Positions 63,386 through 64,000 of a stretch of DNA of 64,000 bases are shown here, in pieces. This DNA comes from Fimbriiglobus sp. (GTDB lineage: Bacteria > Planctomycetota > Planctomycetia > Gemmatales > Gemmataceae). The notes beneath the pieces were generated by a model. That model was not told the DNA's origin. It saw nothing but the letters and a program-made list of their open reading frames with translations, and did not search any database. Every line of letters starts with the position of its first letter. Positions within the stretch are counted from its first letter, which is position 1. The stretch lies in the NCBI GenBank assembly GCA_043744775.1, contig JAYTUC010000027.1:11940-75939 (forward strand), given 5' to 3'. A program made the translations under genes and the position numbers.

Positions 63386-64000
63386 CTACTTCTTGGCGTC
63401 GCGGTCGCGGGCCTGCTTGACGTTCGCCTGCCACGACGTGTCGAAGCGGTCGAGCGCGAACACCTTGCCGACCTCGGCCTTGGGGTGCTGCGTGCGGATC
63501 GCCACCGGCGGGTTCGTGCCGTCGTCGAACTCCCAGACGATCAGCTTGCCGATGGTCTTGTACTTCGCCGCGAGGTCGAACAGGTTCTCGACGCCGATCG
63601 TCCGGCTGAAGCGGCCGCGCGGGTTGTCCTCGGGCAGGCTCAGCTCGTACCACTTCGGGCCGTCGTCGGCCTTGATCGTCGCCGCGCCGGCCTTGACCTG
63701 GTTCTTGCGGATCTCCTGCGACAGCGCCTCGGAGGTCATCTTGGGGTCGCGGAACTTCGCCACCGCGTCCTTCATCCCCGCCTCGTCGAGCGGGTAGTAG
63801 GCCCAGACGCGCTTCACCCGGCTGCTCTTGAGGTTCTCCGCGGCGATCGTCACGTTATCGACGCCGACGGTGTCGTCGCCGGTGTCGTCGGCCGTCGAGT
63901 TCAGCGACGCGAAGGCGAACAGCAGGTCGTCGGCGCGCTTCACGTTGAACGGGTTCGGCACCACGTTGGGGTCGCGCAACTTGTCGAAGAGCAACTCGCG
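63386..64000 (-). CDS. Orphan protein, 5'-truncated at window edge (first visible gene of the dynamin/Hsp70-like operon)
   Basis: Frame open to position 64000. Lys/Asp-rich, globular-looking sequence ('KRVWAYYPLDEAGMKDAVAKFRDPKMTSE...GKLIVWEFDDGTNPPVAIRTQHPKAEVGK'). Its stop lies 37 nt before the dynamin-like start. Confidence 0.6.
   Translation of the reverse strand, partial: RELLFDKLRDPNVVPNPFNVKRADDLLFAFASLNSTADDTGDDTVGVDNVTIAAENLKSSRVKRVWAYYPLDEAGMKDAVAKFRDPKMTSEALSQEIRKNQVKAGAATIKADDGPKWYELSLPEDNPRGRFSRTIGVENLFDLAAKYKTIGKLIVWEFDDGTNPPVAIRTQHPKAEVGKVFALDRFDTSWQANVKQARDRDAKK

Noticed and set aside
1-64000. Searched by eye for CRISPR arrays, tRNA/rRNA genes, transposases, integrases and prophage structural genes
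   Set aside because: None were found. The palindromic repeats are isolated gene-end elements, not regularly spaced direct repeats. No cloverleaf-like or rRNA-like segments, or DDE/tyrosine-recombinase motifs, were recognised. A tRNAscan/Infernal run would be needed to be certain.

Overview
64-kb, densely coding, very GC-rich bacterial chromosome segment. A hand count of a typical coding line gives 41 G+C of 60 nt. Gene content looks planctomycete (Gemmataceae-like): a DUF1559 prepilin-like protein, a DUF1549/DUF1553 + DUF1501 pair, DUF1080, Tat-signal Gfo/Idh/MocA, a 'LEARDVPA' N-terminus and many multihaem cytochromes. This taxonomic call is inference from motifs only. I call about 50 CDSs and several palindromic repeat elements. 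I saw no rRNA, tRNA, CRISPR array, transposase or integrase.

Layout:
1. 1-10.8 kb: T2SS/T4P-like cluster gspE-(sulfatase)-gspF-G-H-I-J-K plus PilM/N- and PilO-like genes.
2. 10.9-22.2 kb: typical planctomycete accessory genes, including a translationally coupled small-protein/retropepsin-like/WD40 triad.
3. 22.4-34.4 kb: redox island. Three tandem pentahaem cytochrome c paralogues (- strand) are divergent from an operon encoding a putative dihaem-b membrane protein, a decahaem cytochrome c, a NuoE-NuoF fusion and a polyferredoxin with two cNMP-binding domains.
4. 34.4-39.9 kb: convergent phosphorelay (hybrid kinase, CheY-like receiver, HPt-like/REC/class III cyclase).
5. 40-56.4 kb: OM barrel, DUF336 protein, TusA/DsrE/MetE-like sulfur cluster, MarC, SRPBCC-epimerase and a HlyD + BcsA-like glycosyltransferase pair.
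6. 56.95-64.0 kb: after a sharply AT-richer spacer, a tight minus-strand operon runs off the window: orphan protein, dynamin-like GTPase, divergent Hsp70-like ATPase, 589-aa orphan protein.

The two best candidates for undescribed systems are this dynamin/Hsp70-like operon and the NAD(P)H-to-multihaem-cytochrome module with built-in cNMP sensing. All functional calls rest on motifs read by eye. No database search was possible.
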